Source: a candidate division WWE3 bacterium (GTDB lineage: Bacteria > Patescibacteriota > WWE3 > 2-01-FULL-39-13). Taken from it: DNA of 64,000 nt. The notes under the pieces were generated by a model. It was not told the DNA's origin, searched no databases, and saw nothing but the letters and a program-made list of their open reading frames with translations. Each line of letters begins with the position of its first letter. Within the stretch, counting starts at the first letter, position 1. The DNA is taken from positions 12,939 through 76,938 of the forward strand of contig CALRDH010000003.1 in NCBI GenBank assembly GCA_943354835.1. Direction: 5' to 3'. The translations under genes and the position numbers were made by a program. Of the stretch, positions 10,600 through 19,709 are shown in pieces.

Positions 10600-11114
10600 C
10601 TCAAAGTTAACATTTTTTTTATTTGATTAAAGTCACCCGAATCTTTGAACCAAATAACAGTACGTTCGGCATCTTTGATTGAAAAAAATCTTGCGTACTT
10701 AACTTTTTCAATCTGATCGTTTTTTTCGTGTGGTACAAGAAATGTATTATTTGATAATTCATTAATAAATAATACAAAACGTGCTTGAATACATGTTTCT
10801 ATATGCAGATGCGTTTTTTTATCTAAAACCTCAACTATATAATATCCAAGCATTTTTATTTTATCTCTACAAGTTGAAATGTCTAAACCTGCTTCTTCGT
10901 AAACTTCTCTGATAGCAGTTGCAGTAAGATCAGCATCATATATTTCTGTATGGCCAGCAGTAACAGTCCACTTAACATTATCTTTTGATACTAAGAGAAC
11001 TTTTTGGTCAGATGATATAACCCAACAACTAACTTGGGTTACCTTGAAATATAGGTGTTTTTTATTTATTTGTGTAGAAGATATCCATTTTAATTTGTAT
11101 TCTTTTTCAATCAT
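10596..11114 (-). CDS. NUDIX hydrolase
   Basis: AGHTEIYDADLTATAIREVYEEAGL. Confidence 0.9.
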   Translation of the reverse strand: MIEKEYKLKWISSTQINKKHLYFKVTQVSCWVISSDQKVLLVSKDNVKWTVTAGHTEIYDADLTATAIREVYEEAGLDISTCRDKIKMLGYYIVEVLDKKTHLHIETCIQARFVLFINELSNNTFLVPHEKNDQIEKVKYARFFSIKDAERTVIWFKDSGDFNQIKKMLTLS

Positions 11115-11206
11115 TAGTTATATTTTAGCATGGTAATTCATGGTACTAGCCAATTGTTATTATCTGGTAAGGATGTAAAAGTAAATAATCTTGTATAATA
11201 TCGCAG

Positions 11207-12097
11207 ATGAATAAAGCATTTTCGTTGGGAGCACAAGAGAACAGTCCTCTAGAAAAGACAGAATTAAATTATGGAATTTCGATGATTGTGATTAAACCAA
11301 GCGGGGAATGTAGTGACGTAGCATCGGTTATTTCTGATATTTTTGACAAAAGCGAAAATGGAGAGCCGTCTAAGCTTGCTATCAGTACCATAAATACAAT
11401 CGTAAAAGATAACGGTAGTGATGCAAAAGAACTTTTGGGTGTTATTGGTAAAACACATATAAGGGTATCCATTGACAGCAGGTTCAATAGACAAACTAGT
11501 AAAGACGAAACTAGTTTTTGGTTAGCCAACTATGGACACCACGTAGACAAGTACTATTTCAATAGTTTGATTAATTCTAACCAGGGACCATTTACTGCCT
11601 ACTTCATAGAATATGATGGACCTCAAGATGAACTAGATAGTGCGATTAATGTATTAAAGGGAAGAACAACTTTAACATCAGAAATTGGTGATGTTTTGTT
11701 CGCAGGTAGGGGAATAAGAGGATTATATCGTGCTGAAGCTATAACACTAAATCAAAGTTTGATAGATAGAATACGGAAAGAATATCCGGATGTTGCAAAA
11801 CAGCTAGATATCATAATGGTAAATTCTGGAAATATTTTGTTTACAAAAATCCCAGAAGAGTTACAACGATTTATCTTTGGTGTACTTACCGATAAGCAAA
11901 GAGAATCCTTGATGAGCAATACCATTCATTCTCCTGACAATAGAGATGTTGCCTTTAATAGTTTAAAGGCAATGTGCAATCAGTATTTAAATCCAACTAT
12001 TGTGAAACGGCTTTTAGAGATTGAACAAAAAAATCTGTCGCAAGCATCTTATTGGATGCTAAATGCATTAGAAGATGCACTTTCTACATACCTGTGA
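11207..12097 (+). CDS. Divergent nucleoside-diphosphate-kinase-like protein
   Basis: MIVIKPS, QGPFTAY, LKGRT, GIRGLY and NTIHSPD occur in NDK motif order (IKPD, SGP, G.T, IRG, N.IH.SD) with insertions. Confidence 0.6.
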   Translation: MNKAFSLGAQENSPLEKTELNYGISMIVIKPSGECSDVASVISDIFDKSENGEPSKLAISTINTIVKDNGSDAKELLGVIGKTHIRVSIDSRFNRQTSKDETSFWLANYGHHVDKYYFNSLINSNQGPFTAYFIEYDGPQDELDSAINVLKGRTTLTSEIGDVLFAGRGIRGLYRAEAITLNQSLIDRIRKEYPDVAKQLDIIMVNSGNILFTKIPEELQRFIFGVLTDKQRESLMSNTIHSPDNRDVAFNSLKAMCNQYLNPTIVKRLLEIEQKNLSQASYWMLNALEDALSTYL

Positions 12098-12153
12098 TGT
12101 TTTAGGTGCATTGTGTAGATAGTAGAACTTCTCTTTCCGTCAGCGTATAGGAT

Positions 12154-12201
12154 TTAGCTTTCGTTGAAATAAGTTCTAACTAGATCCACCGTCCCCAGCC
12201 A
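12154..12201 (-). other. Putative attR: tRNA-Gln-like 3' end fused to a recombinase-tail-like frame
   Basis: + strand CCCCAGCCA at 12193-12201; - strand WLGTVDLVRTYFNES*; followed by an imperfect AT-rich hairpin (~12204-12237). Confidence 0.5.
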
Positions 12202-12245
12202 GAGAAATATTCATTTAAATCAATATGAGCTATTTTCTTTGAATT

Positions 12246-12720
12246 TTATTTAATAATCTTTGTATTTTTTGGCAGGTTTTGTATTATTTTATCTAAATCC
12301 ATTTGAGAGTATTTATTGCCTGATAGATCAAGTATTTGAAGGTTTTTAAGATTTCCTAGTTCATTTGGTAAACCTGTTAATTCATTGTTAGATAAATCCA
12401 AAACTTGAAGATTTGAAAGTTGACCGATTTCTGCAGGAACTCCTGTCATTTTATTATTGCTTGCATCAAGTACCACTAACTTTTTTAAATTTCCAATCTG
12501 TGAAGGCAATGCGCCAGTAATATTATTATTCGAAATTATTCAACCTTTCTGTATTCGTTTCACTTAGAACACTTTCAGGTAACTTCTCTAGACCCTGATT
12601 GCTCAAATCAATACTGTTATTGTCATTTTTTGTAACTTCTTGTGGCTTTTGCCTCATCAACATACTAAAAAGTACAACTGAAATGACAAAAAAAACTAAC
12701 AAAAGAATATTCTTAATCAT
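12246..12720 (-). pseudogene. Membrane-anchored leucine-rich repeat protein split by a +1 frameshift
   Basis: Removing one base near 12535 fuses ORFs 12526-12720 and 12246-12509 into ...ERLNISNNNITGALPSQIGNL..., continuous LRRs. Confidence 0.8.
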
Positions 12721-12775
12721 AAATCTATACTACCATTGTTTCAAAATTACTTTTGTCTTGTACAATTAGTTTATT

Positions 12776-13114
12776 ATGAAAAGTCTTGATTTACAGTCAT
12801 TGATATCTTTAGCTCTTCAGGTTCTTTTTGGCTTATATATTGTCTATCTTGGAATTAAAACGATATCAGAAAATAGGCCGATGAAATTCCTTAATATCAA
12901 ACCAAATAAGTTAGATTCTATAGCCGGCGGTTTGTTTTTTATTTCACTTGGAATTACATTACTTATTTTTCTAGCTCAAGCGTTTTTTCCTGAACTTTAT
13001 ACAATTCTAATGCTTTCCTTTCAATTATTCATTGTGCTTATGTACGTCAATATTGCACTTATTGCCTATTTGATCATTGTGAAAATAATTTCATACTTTA
13101 GAAAGCGGAATTAA
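12776..13114 (+). CDS. Small membrane protein
   Basis: 112 aa, about 3 hydrophobic helices. Confidence 0.7.
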   Translation: MKSLDLQSLISLALQVLFGLYIVYLGIKTISENRPMKFLNIKPNKLDSIAGGLFFISLGITLLIFLAQAFFPELYTILMLSFQLFIVLMYVNIALIAYLIIVKIISYFRKRN

Positions 13115-13121
13115 TTTTATT

Positions 13122-13832
13122 TCACTCCCCTTTTGGCAAGAATGTTATGTCCATGTAGTATTTTTTAGGGTCGCTTGGATCGATAAATACAGTTATTGTT
13201 TGGCCGGTCATGTAGTTTGTTGGATCAAACATTAATTCTGAGCTTTCAAAGAAGTAGGTTTGTCCATTTGCCAGGTTTACCCATTTGCTAACGATTTTCC
13301 ATGGATTACGGCCATTAATAGTTACCTCCATAACCGGTCTTACTTCTACAAACGTAGAATCTATTCTTTGTCCATTTGCCTGCAACAATTTAGCTTCATC
13401 ATTTTTCTTCTTTGCTTTTAATAGACCAAAACCTCCGATAGCGGAAAAAATTAAGCCGAATGCGCCAAAAATAATCGGCAGAAAATACTTATCCATAAAT
13501 GAATCAATCATGATTTTCTTTGGCTCTTTTGGACTGTAATAAATTGCGACCGAATCGCCTATTTCATGACTCGGCGGATTGCTACTAATGCTAGTTTTTG
13601 TCTCAACCTTTTGGCCAGTACTTGTAGTAAAAGAAACAACTGGAGTATAAGTAGTACTTGTATCTCCATCACTATCTGTGTCTACATTTTTGATCAAATC
13701 AATTACGTTTCCGGAAGTCTTTGTCGCTGTCTGTAAAAATTGGAAATTGCTAATTGTAATAAAAATGGCGACAATGACAAAAACTGCGCCAATTGCGGAA
13801 AACAACAAACTTGCTTTTGTGAAAATAGACAT
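13122..13832 (-). CDS. DUF3592-family membrane protein
   Basis: TM, then G.VI..YTPVVSF..GDSVAIYYSP..P, second TM, second repeat ending IDPSDPKKY. Confidence 0.8.
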   Translation of the reverse strand: MSIFTKASLLFSAIGAVFVIVAIFITISNFQFLQTATKTSGNVIDLIKNVDTDSDGDTSTTYTPVVSFTTSTGQKVETKTSISSNPPSHEIGDSVAIYYSPKEPKKIMIDSFMDKYFLPIIFGAFGLIFSAIGGFGLLKAKKKNDEAKLLQANGQRIDSTFVEVRPVMEVTINGRNPWKIVSKWVNLANGQTYFFESSELMFDPTNYMTGQTITVFIDPSDPKKYYMDITFLPKGE

Positions 13833-13861
13833 AAACGGAGTGTAGCAAAGATTTTTTTAAT

Positions 13862-14434
13862 TTACGAATTGGGAGGAAATACTCTGTAATGAGAATATTG
13901 TTGCATGGTAGAAGGCTTAATGAAACCAAGTCCAAATTGACCCTCGCGTTCTTGTTGCACACCATAAAAAACCGGTAATCCAAATGAATCAGCAACGGTT
14001 TGAACAATTGCTGTATGATACATTGATTCAAAAATATCATTGTCGCTAGTCATGCCGAAAGTGAATATTTCCTTACCTCCATAACGCCAATTTCTAGCCA
14101 GAATCGGCATAGCATAAAGCGTATTTGAACCAGAGTTATAAGTTGGCCAAGACTCTGGAGGAGTTATTTCAAACCTTACAAGATAAAGAGTTTCTTCAAT
14201 TTTGGGATCCCTTGGGCTTTCAATTCCAATTCCTAAATTTAGGAAACCAAAATTCAAAGGGGATTTGGGATCAAGGCCTTTTGGTCTGTAATTCAAGTGA
14301 TATGAAACGCCCCTGATATCGGAATCAAACCTCATAGGTTGAATAGGCCTAGTGTGTCTAAGCGCAGAACCGAAAAGATTTTCATACACATATTGATTCA
14401 CTTCAAAAGTTTCAATAGGATTTTGTGGTGTCAT
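13862..14434 (-). CDS. Hypothetical protein
   Basis: 190-aa ATG ORF, no recognised motif. Confidence 0.6.
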   Translation of the reverse strand: MTPQNPIETFEVNQYVYENLFGSALRHTRPIQPMRFDSDIRGVSYHLNYRPKGLDPKSPLNFGFLNLGIGIESPRDPKIEETLYLVRFEITPPESWPTYNSGSNTLYAMPILARNWRYGGKEIFTFGMTSDNDIFESMYHTAIVQTVADSFGLPVFYGVQQEREGQFGLGFIKPSTMQQYSHYRVFPPNS

Positions 14435-14535
14435 ATTTTATTGCAGAAATTATACAACAAGTATCCTATAATTTACGAATCAAAAAAACCATCTTCTGCA
14501 GCCAGAACCCTATTTTTTATAGTAAGATTCTGTAT

Positions 14536-14964
14536 ATGAAGTTGAGGAATTATTCTTTTTTGTCTATATATATTGTCTTGATGGCTATACCTTCAATAAT
14601 ATTGTTGTTTTTTACATATAGTCTGATTGATTTGCATTCTTTAGTTATTCTAATTTTAATTTCGTTAATAGTTGGCGGAGTTTTAGAAATAATATCGGTT
14701 AAGCAAGGCAAGAAAGATAAATTCTTTATTTGGGAATATAATTCGAAAACTACTTTAGACAAGAAATTCTTTGGTGTTGCGATTGAAGATATGATTTTAT
14801 TCCTAGTTTTGACACCAATATTTTGCGTGACGGCTTGGGAAGCAATTAAAAAATATGTGATTATATATAATGAACCAATATGGATAACCTTACTCTTTGG
14901 ATGTGCACTAATACTCTTTATTTACTACATTACATACAAAATAACAAAACCGAAACACAAATGA
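14536..14964 (+). CDS. Lycopene-cyclase-domain-like membrane protein
   Basis: IWEYNSK..FFGVAIEDMILF resembles W.Y....G.P.EE..FF; start moved to ATG 14536, 7 nt after TAAGAT. Confidence 0.6.
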   Translation: MKLRNYSFLSIYIVLMAIPSIILLFFTYSLIDLHSLVILILISLIVGGVLEIISVKQGKKDKFFIWEYNSKTTLDKKFFGVAIEDMILFLVLTPIFCVTAWEAIKKYVIIYNEPIWITLLFGCALILFIYYITYKITKPKHK

Positions 14965-15160
14965 GGGAGGTTTTGCGAGAGATTCTAACAATGAAAACTT
15001 CACTTGTGGAGTTTTATACTTTTGGGTTTCTATCTTTTTAATAATTTATTTGATCTTCTTTTCTTTAGATTATCCTGTTTTGGGAATGACAATCGTTTTG
15101 ATTATCATGACTGCAATTCTTGTACTAATAAAAAATAAAAAACGCTATAGGTTTACATGA
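14961..15160 (+). pseudogene. Possible small membrane protein with frameshift in a T5 run
   Basis: ATGA overlap with upstream stop; adding one T at 15035-15039 gives MREVL..FGFLSFLIIYLIFF..MTIVLIIMTAILVLIKNKKRYRFT*. Confidence 0.35.
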
Positions 15161-15187
15161 ATACAGCAATAATGTAAAATCATTCGC

Positions 15188-16291
15188 ATGTCAAATGGCC
15201 AAAATCCCTTTCGCCTCAATGAATTAGCATTATCAGGAGATATCGAAGTACAATTTCCACAACCAAGTCGAGACATAAAATCATTAATTGCTGAAAAGTG
15301 CGGAGATGTAAGTGAAGGTGAACTAACCCAAATCACAGACCTGGACTATAAAGGACTTGATACATCGGACGGAACTACATTTTATCGGCTATATAACTTA
15401 GAAACTGAACGTGAAGACTTAAGATGCGCCCAAGATGTAGGAGAACGTATATTATCAAAATATGAACGAGAAAACGTCATTAAATCAGCATTTATTGAAA
15501 CTCTTCGATTTATTTCAAAATATATTCCAATGGAAAGGATTTTGGCAACATGTCCAAATCTTGATCTGGAAAAAATTGACGAATATGACTTTAAAAAAGC
15601 ACTACTTTATATATTTATTCTGTCAGATGAAGCATTTAATCTTATAAAAATTTCAGATGAAACACCACATTCGGATTTATTAAATAAAAGTGGATATCAC
15701 ATTGGTACTCACAAACCAGATAAAGAGCCAAAAGAAGGTCCACTTGGTCCAACAAAGTATATAAATACATCTGGAAAAAACTTAATTGTAATTAAAGAAA
15801 GAGGAACGGTAACAAATCAGTTGTCTACCAATTATGGAAGAAGCATGTGGCCCGAAGAATATAAAGCCCAAATTGTTGAGCAAGTACGATCAGTATTAAT
15901 TCATGAACTATTACATGATCTACAGATAGGGATACAATTTAATGACGAGCTTGAAGAGGCGCTTGTTGAATTCACATCTATATTAATAAATCTACAATCA
16001 AGACCAGGGAAATCTTCTCAAACTGCATATTCTACTGGCGTTGCATTCATAGAGAAAATGCTGTTAATGGGTGAGTTTTCTCCTGATGAATTATTGAGAG
16101 TGTACGTTTCACTAAACGAAGAATCAAAGACAATCGGAAAAAGAATTGCACAAACCCTTGAACGAAAATACGGATTAGATGCGACAAAAAGAATACTTAA
16201 TTTTACCTTTACAAATATGAACGATGCATTTGATTATATTTCAAGGTTAGAATCACAAGATCAAATTCCGCAAGAAGATTACTCAATATAA
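15188..16291 (+). CDS. Hypothetical protein with zincin HExxH motif
   Basis: VLIHELLHDL followed by LEEALVE (candidate third ligand). Confidence 0.7.
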   Translation: MSNGQNPFRLNELALSGDIEVQFPQPSRDIKSLIAEKCGDVSEGELTQITDLDYKGLDTSDGTTFYRLYNLETEREDLRCAQDVGERILSKYERENVIKSAFIETLRFISKYIPMERILATCPNLDLEKIDEYDFKKALLYIFILSDEAFNLIKISDETPHSDLLNKSGYHIGTHKPDKEPKEGPLGPTKYINTSGKNLIVIKERGTVTNQLSTNYGRSMWPEEYKAQIVEQVRSVLIHELLHDLQIGIQFNDELEEALVEFTSILINLQSRPGKSSQTAYSTGVAFIEKMLLMGEFSPDELLRVYVSLNEESKTIGKRIAQTLERKYGLDATKRILNFTFTNMNDAFDYISRLESQDQIPQEDYSI

Positions 16292-16310
16292 ATATTGCTA
16301 TAATTCTTCC

Positions 16311-17438
16311 ATGGAACCTTTAGCTTCACGAATTCGTCCTCTTAATCTTTTAGATTATGTTGGCCAAAAGCATTTGGTTTCAGACGGCAAGCCGTTAAAG
16401 ATTGCGATTGAGTCAAAGCATTTGTTTTCTTTTTTGCTGTGGGGGCCTCCGGGCGTTGGTAAAACAACTTTAGCTCGTATTTATTCAAATAATTTTGACG
16501 CAAATTATCACGAACTTTCGGCAGTTTCCGCAAAGAAAGAAGAAATCAGGGATATTTTAAAACTCCACGATAAATCAGATAAACCAACAATTTTACTTTT
16601 AGATGAAATTCACAGATTTAATAAAGCTCAACAAGATTTTTTGCTTCCTTATGTCGAAACTGGAAAATTAATATTAATTGGAGCAACAACAGAAAATCCT
16701 AGTTTTGAAGTTATTCCAGCACTTTTATCAAGATGTCGCGTTTTCATTTTAAACGAACTAACAGATGAAGAAATGTCTGAAATAATTGATAAAACAAAAG
16801 CTCCACTTGATGAAAAAGCAAAAGAGTGGCTTGTTCAGATGGCAAATGGAGATGCAAGACAAGCAATCACAATGATAGAAAACACTTTGAGCATATACAA
16901 AGAAATCACAGTTGAAACATTAAAAGAGGCTTTGCAAAATAAATATTTAAGATACGACAAAAAAGGTGAAGAACACTACAACACAATTAGTGCATATATA
17001 AAGAGTATGCGGGCAAGCGACGCTAACGCGGCCTTATACTATTTAGCCCGCATGATTGATTCTGGTGAAGATCCTAAGTTTATTGCAAGAAGAATGGTAA
17101 TTTTCGCATCGGAAGATATTGGCGTTGCACAGCCTTCGGCACTTATTTATGCTAATGAGGTTTTTCGGGCAGTCGAAACAATAGGGCTTCCTGAATGCCA
17201 GATAAGCCTTGCTCACGGAACAGTTCTTTTGGCAAAAGCCCCGAAAAACCGGAGTGCGTGTGATGGTTTTTTTGAAGCTCTAAAAGATGTCAAAGCTCAT
17301 GGAAATCTTCCAATTCCAATGAGTTTGCGAAATGCTCCAACTAAATTTATGAAAGAAATTGGTTACGGCAAAGGATACGAAAAATACACAAAAGATGATT
17401 TGCTTCCTGACAAATTAAAAGGGAAAATATACATATGA
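16311..17438 (+). CDS. rarA: Replication-associated recombination protein A (MgsA/RarA)
   Basis: PLASRIRP, WGPPGVGKTT, LDEIHRFNKAQQD, GATTENPSFEV, ASEDIG. Confidence 0.97.
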   Translation: MEPLASRIRPLNLLDYVGQKHLVSDGKPLKIAIESKHLFSFLLWGPPGVGKTTLARIYSNNFDANYHELSAVSAKKEEIRDILKLHDKSDKPTILLLDEIHRFNKAQQDFLLPYVETGKLILIGATTENPSFEVIPALLSRCRVFILNELTDEEMSEIIDKTKAPLDEKAKEWLVQMANGDARQAITMIENTLSIYKEITVETLKEALQNKYLRYDKKGEEHYNTISAYIKSMRASDANAALYYLARMIDSGEDPKFIARRMVIFASEDIGVAQPSALIYANEVFRAVETIGLPECQISLAHGTVLLAKAPKNRSACDGFFEALKDVKAHGNLPIPMSLRNAPTKFMKEIGYGKGYEKYTKDDLLPDKLKGKIYI

Positions 17439-17878
17439 ATCAAATAATTAAAAATATTGATGAGTATAAAAAAATATCTGAAAAACTTTTAGGAAATCGC
17501 GACGCTATTAAGGTTCCTCATGTTATAGCACTTGTCGGAGACTTGGGATCTGGAAAAACAACTTTTACAAAATCTATCGCAAAAGCAATTGGCGTAACTC
17601 AAGAAATTATTTCGCCTACATTTATAATCCATCGCGAATATTTGATTCCAAATTCAAAGTCATATTTGCATCACCTTGATTTGTATAGACTCGATCATGA
17701 ATTTGAACTGGATGAAATCGGAATCAAAAATTTAATGAAAAACCAAAACGTTATTGTTATCGAATGGGCCGATAAATTTCGAAAATATGTTGATCTATTT
17801 ACAAAAATTAATGATACAAAAATAACTTGGATAGAAATGGAATATATAGACGAAGGAACAAGGAGACTTATTATATGA
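17435..17878 (+). CDS. tsaE: t6A biosynthesis ATPase TsaE
   Basis: GDLGSGKTT, SPTF, HLDLYRL, IEWA. Confidence 0.96.
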   Translation: MNQIIKNIDEYKKISEKLLGNRDAIKVPHVIALVGDLGSGKTTFTKSIAKAIGVTQEIISPTFIIHREYLIPNSKSYLHHLDLYRLDHEFELDEIGIKNLMKNQNVIVIEWADKFRKYVDLFTKINDTKITWIEMEYIDEGTRRLII

Positions 17879-18966
17879 AGATTCTAGCTATAGATACAAG
17901 TTGCGATGATACTTCAGTCGCGATATCTGAAAATTTAAACATCCACGCAAATGTTTCATGGTCAAAACTTAAGACTCACAATGATTTTGGAGGAGTTGTT
18001 CCATCAGAGGCAAAAAGACAGCATAAAGAATTTTTAGATCCAGTAATAGCAGAGGCGTTAAATGTCGCACATTTAGAAATCAATGACATTGATACCGTAG
18101 CAGTTACTTATGGCCCAGGTTTAGCAATTGCACTTGAAGCCGGCATAGATAAAGCAAAAGAAATCTGCAAAACACATAATAAAAAACTTATTGGAGTAAA
18201 TCATATGATTGGACACATTTATTCGTCATTGGCAAGAGATGAAGAAGGAAAAGCATATTCTGGAATCGACGATTTTGAATTTCCGCTTTTAGCACTTACT
18301 ATATCAGGTGGACACACAGACCTATATCTTATGTCAGGCCATATGCAATTTGAAAGGATTGGAGGAACACTTGATGACGCAGTCGGCGAAGCTTTTGATA
18401 AAGTTGGAAGAATGTTAGGACTTGGTTTTCCTGCTGGATATAAGCTTGAATCACTCGCAAAATCAGGCAATTCATCTACATATGATTTTCCAAGACCAAT
18501 GCATAATACAAATGATTATAATTGGAGTTTTTCAGGTCTCAAGACAGCTGTTTTGTATCAAATTAAAAAGATACAAAATGAATATAAAGGAAATCCTATA
18601 AAAGATGACTTTAGGATGAAAGATGAATCAAATAATTTAGATGAAGAAACTATAAATAACTTGGCGGCTTCCTTTCAGGAAGCCGCCCTAGAATCCTTAA
18701 TCATAAAACTCCGCAAAGCTATTTCACAATATAATCCTAAAATGCTAATAATCGGAGGCGGTGTAATCGCAAACCAAGCACTTCGTGAAAAACTTGTAGC
18801 ACTTTGCGAAAATTCAAAAACTCCCCTATTCTATCCAGTCCCCAGGTGGCTTTGCACAGACAACGCATCAATGATTGCAGTTGCTGCAAACTTCTATGCA
18901 AAAAATAACATGTACATCAAAGATATCGATACGCTCGACAGAGTCCCAGGACTTGAAATCTCATAA
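17875..18966 (+). CDS. tsaD: t6A N6-threonylcarbamoyltransferase TsaD
   Basis: MKILAIDTSCDDT, GPGL, NHMIGH, SGGHT, DDAVGEAFDK, SFSGLKT, CTDNA; ATG 17875 overlaps tsaE stop. Confidence 0.97.
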   Translation: MKILAIDTSCDDTSVAISENLNIHANVSWSKLKTHNDFGGVVPSEAKRQHKEFLDPVIAEALNVAHLEINDIDTVAVTYGPGLAIALEAGIDKAKEICKTHNKKLIGVNHMIGHIYSSLARDEEGKAYSGIDDFEFPLLALTISGGHTDLYLMSGHMQFERIGGTLDDAVGEAFDKVGRMLGLGFPAGYKLESLAKSGNSSTYDFPRPMHNTNDYNWSFSGLKTAVLYQIKKIQNEYKGNPIKDDFRMKDESNNLDEETINNLAASFQEAALESLIIKLRKAISQYNPKMLIIGGGVIANQALREKLVALCENSKTPLFYPVPRWLCTDNASMIAVAANFYAKNNMYIKDIDTLDRVPGLEIS

Positions 18967-19102
18967 CCGATAGCAATCAACTCATCAATGACACTAAATA
19001 AAGCGATTTTACTCGTATCATCGCAAGTTCATAATCTGTTTAAAATTCGTTTAATCTTTCATTCTTGTTGAAATCTTTAGCTTGTAGTTTAATTTATTCA
19101 CT

Positions 19103-19390
19103 ATGATAAATTCAAAAATAAAAACTAAAAAACCTGATGACGATGAAATCGTAACAAAAGGTTTTTTTAGAAAAGAACTGAAAAGCGAGCTTGCACTTTA
19201 TGCAACAAAAAATGACCTATACGACCTAGAAAGTAGAATTGATTTAAAGTTTGACAACCTTCGAAACGACATAATGCAATTCAAAGATGACATGGTTTCA
19301 ATGTTTCTCGATCTCAAAACTGAAATAATCTCAATGAAAGCTTTATACGATAAACACGACGAAGAAATCAAAAACCTAACAATTAGGTAA
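19103..19390 (+). CDS. Small coiled-coil hypothetical protein
   Basis: 95 aa with ATKNDL heptad-like pattern. Confidence 0.65.
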   Translation: MINSKIKTKKPDDDEIVTKGFFRKELKSELALYATKNDLYDLESRIDLKFDNLRNDIMQFKDDMVSMFLDLKTEIISMKALYDKHDEEIKNLTIR

Positions 19391-19425
19391 AATTCCAGCA
19401 AATAAGTGCGTAAGCCTTAACTAGT

Positions 19426-19434
19426 TGATATAAT
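19426..19434 (+). promoter_or_regulatory. Extended -10 promoter of tRNA-His
   Basis: TGATATAAT ~20 nt upstream of the tRNA. Confidence 0.6.
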
Positions 19435-19453
19435 ATTCCCAGATATATTACGT

Positions 19454-19531
19454 GGTGGTCTTAGCTCAATTGGTTAGAGCGCCAACCTGTGGAGTTGGAG
19501 GTTATGGGTTCAATTCCCATAGACCACCCCA
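19454..19531 (+). tRNA. tRNA-His(GUG) with encoded G-1 and CCA
   Basis: Acceptor GTGGTCT/AGACCAC, anticodon arm CCAAC-CTGTGGA-GTTGG, T-loop TTCAATT, C discriminator plus CCA. Confidence 0.97.
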
Positions 19532-19653
19532 AGAAGAATCGTTAGCCAATGTTTCTTCAAATTTCCCTTTGTTTACAGGCAATCCGAGAGGTTCAGAGCT
19601 TTTCATAAGTCACCCTACTTGTGAAGCTCCCTCTGTAATCTTATCGAATTGTT
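19502..19653 (-). pseudogene. Possible remnant of a recombinase C-terminus reading antisense into tRNA-His
   Basis: NFIKQFDKITEGASQVG*LMKSSEPLGLPVNKGKFEETLANDSSWGGLWELNP*; EP...NKGK...W tail recalled from tRNA-abutting serine recombinases; internal stop. Confidence 0.4.
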
Positions 19654-19709
19654 TTATAAAGTTTTATTGAATATATTGAGATTACATAATCCTAAATGCC
19701 ACAAGTAGC

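Larger units (their letters stand above)
1..12201. mobile_element. Right part of a putative integrated genomic island (tRNA-Gln-type att at right end; left end outside window)
   Basis: Defence-like and accessory cargo; ends at GTCCCCAGCCA (12191-12201), resembling a tRNA-Gln 3' end, whose antisense reads WLGTVDLVRTYFNES*. Confidence 0.5.

Noticed and set aside
19452-19670. 72-aa ORF in the track
   Set aside because: It is a translation of tRNA-His and its trailer
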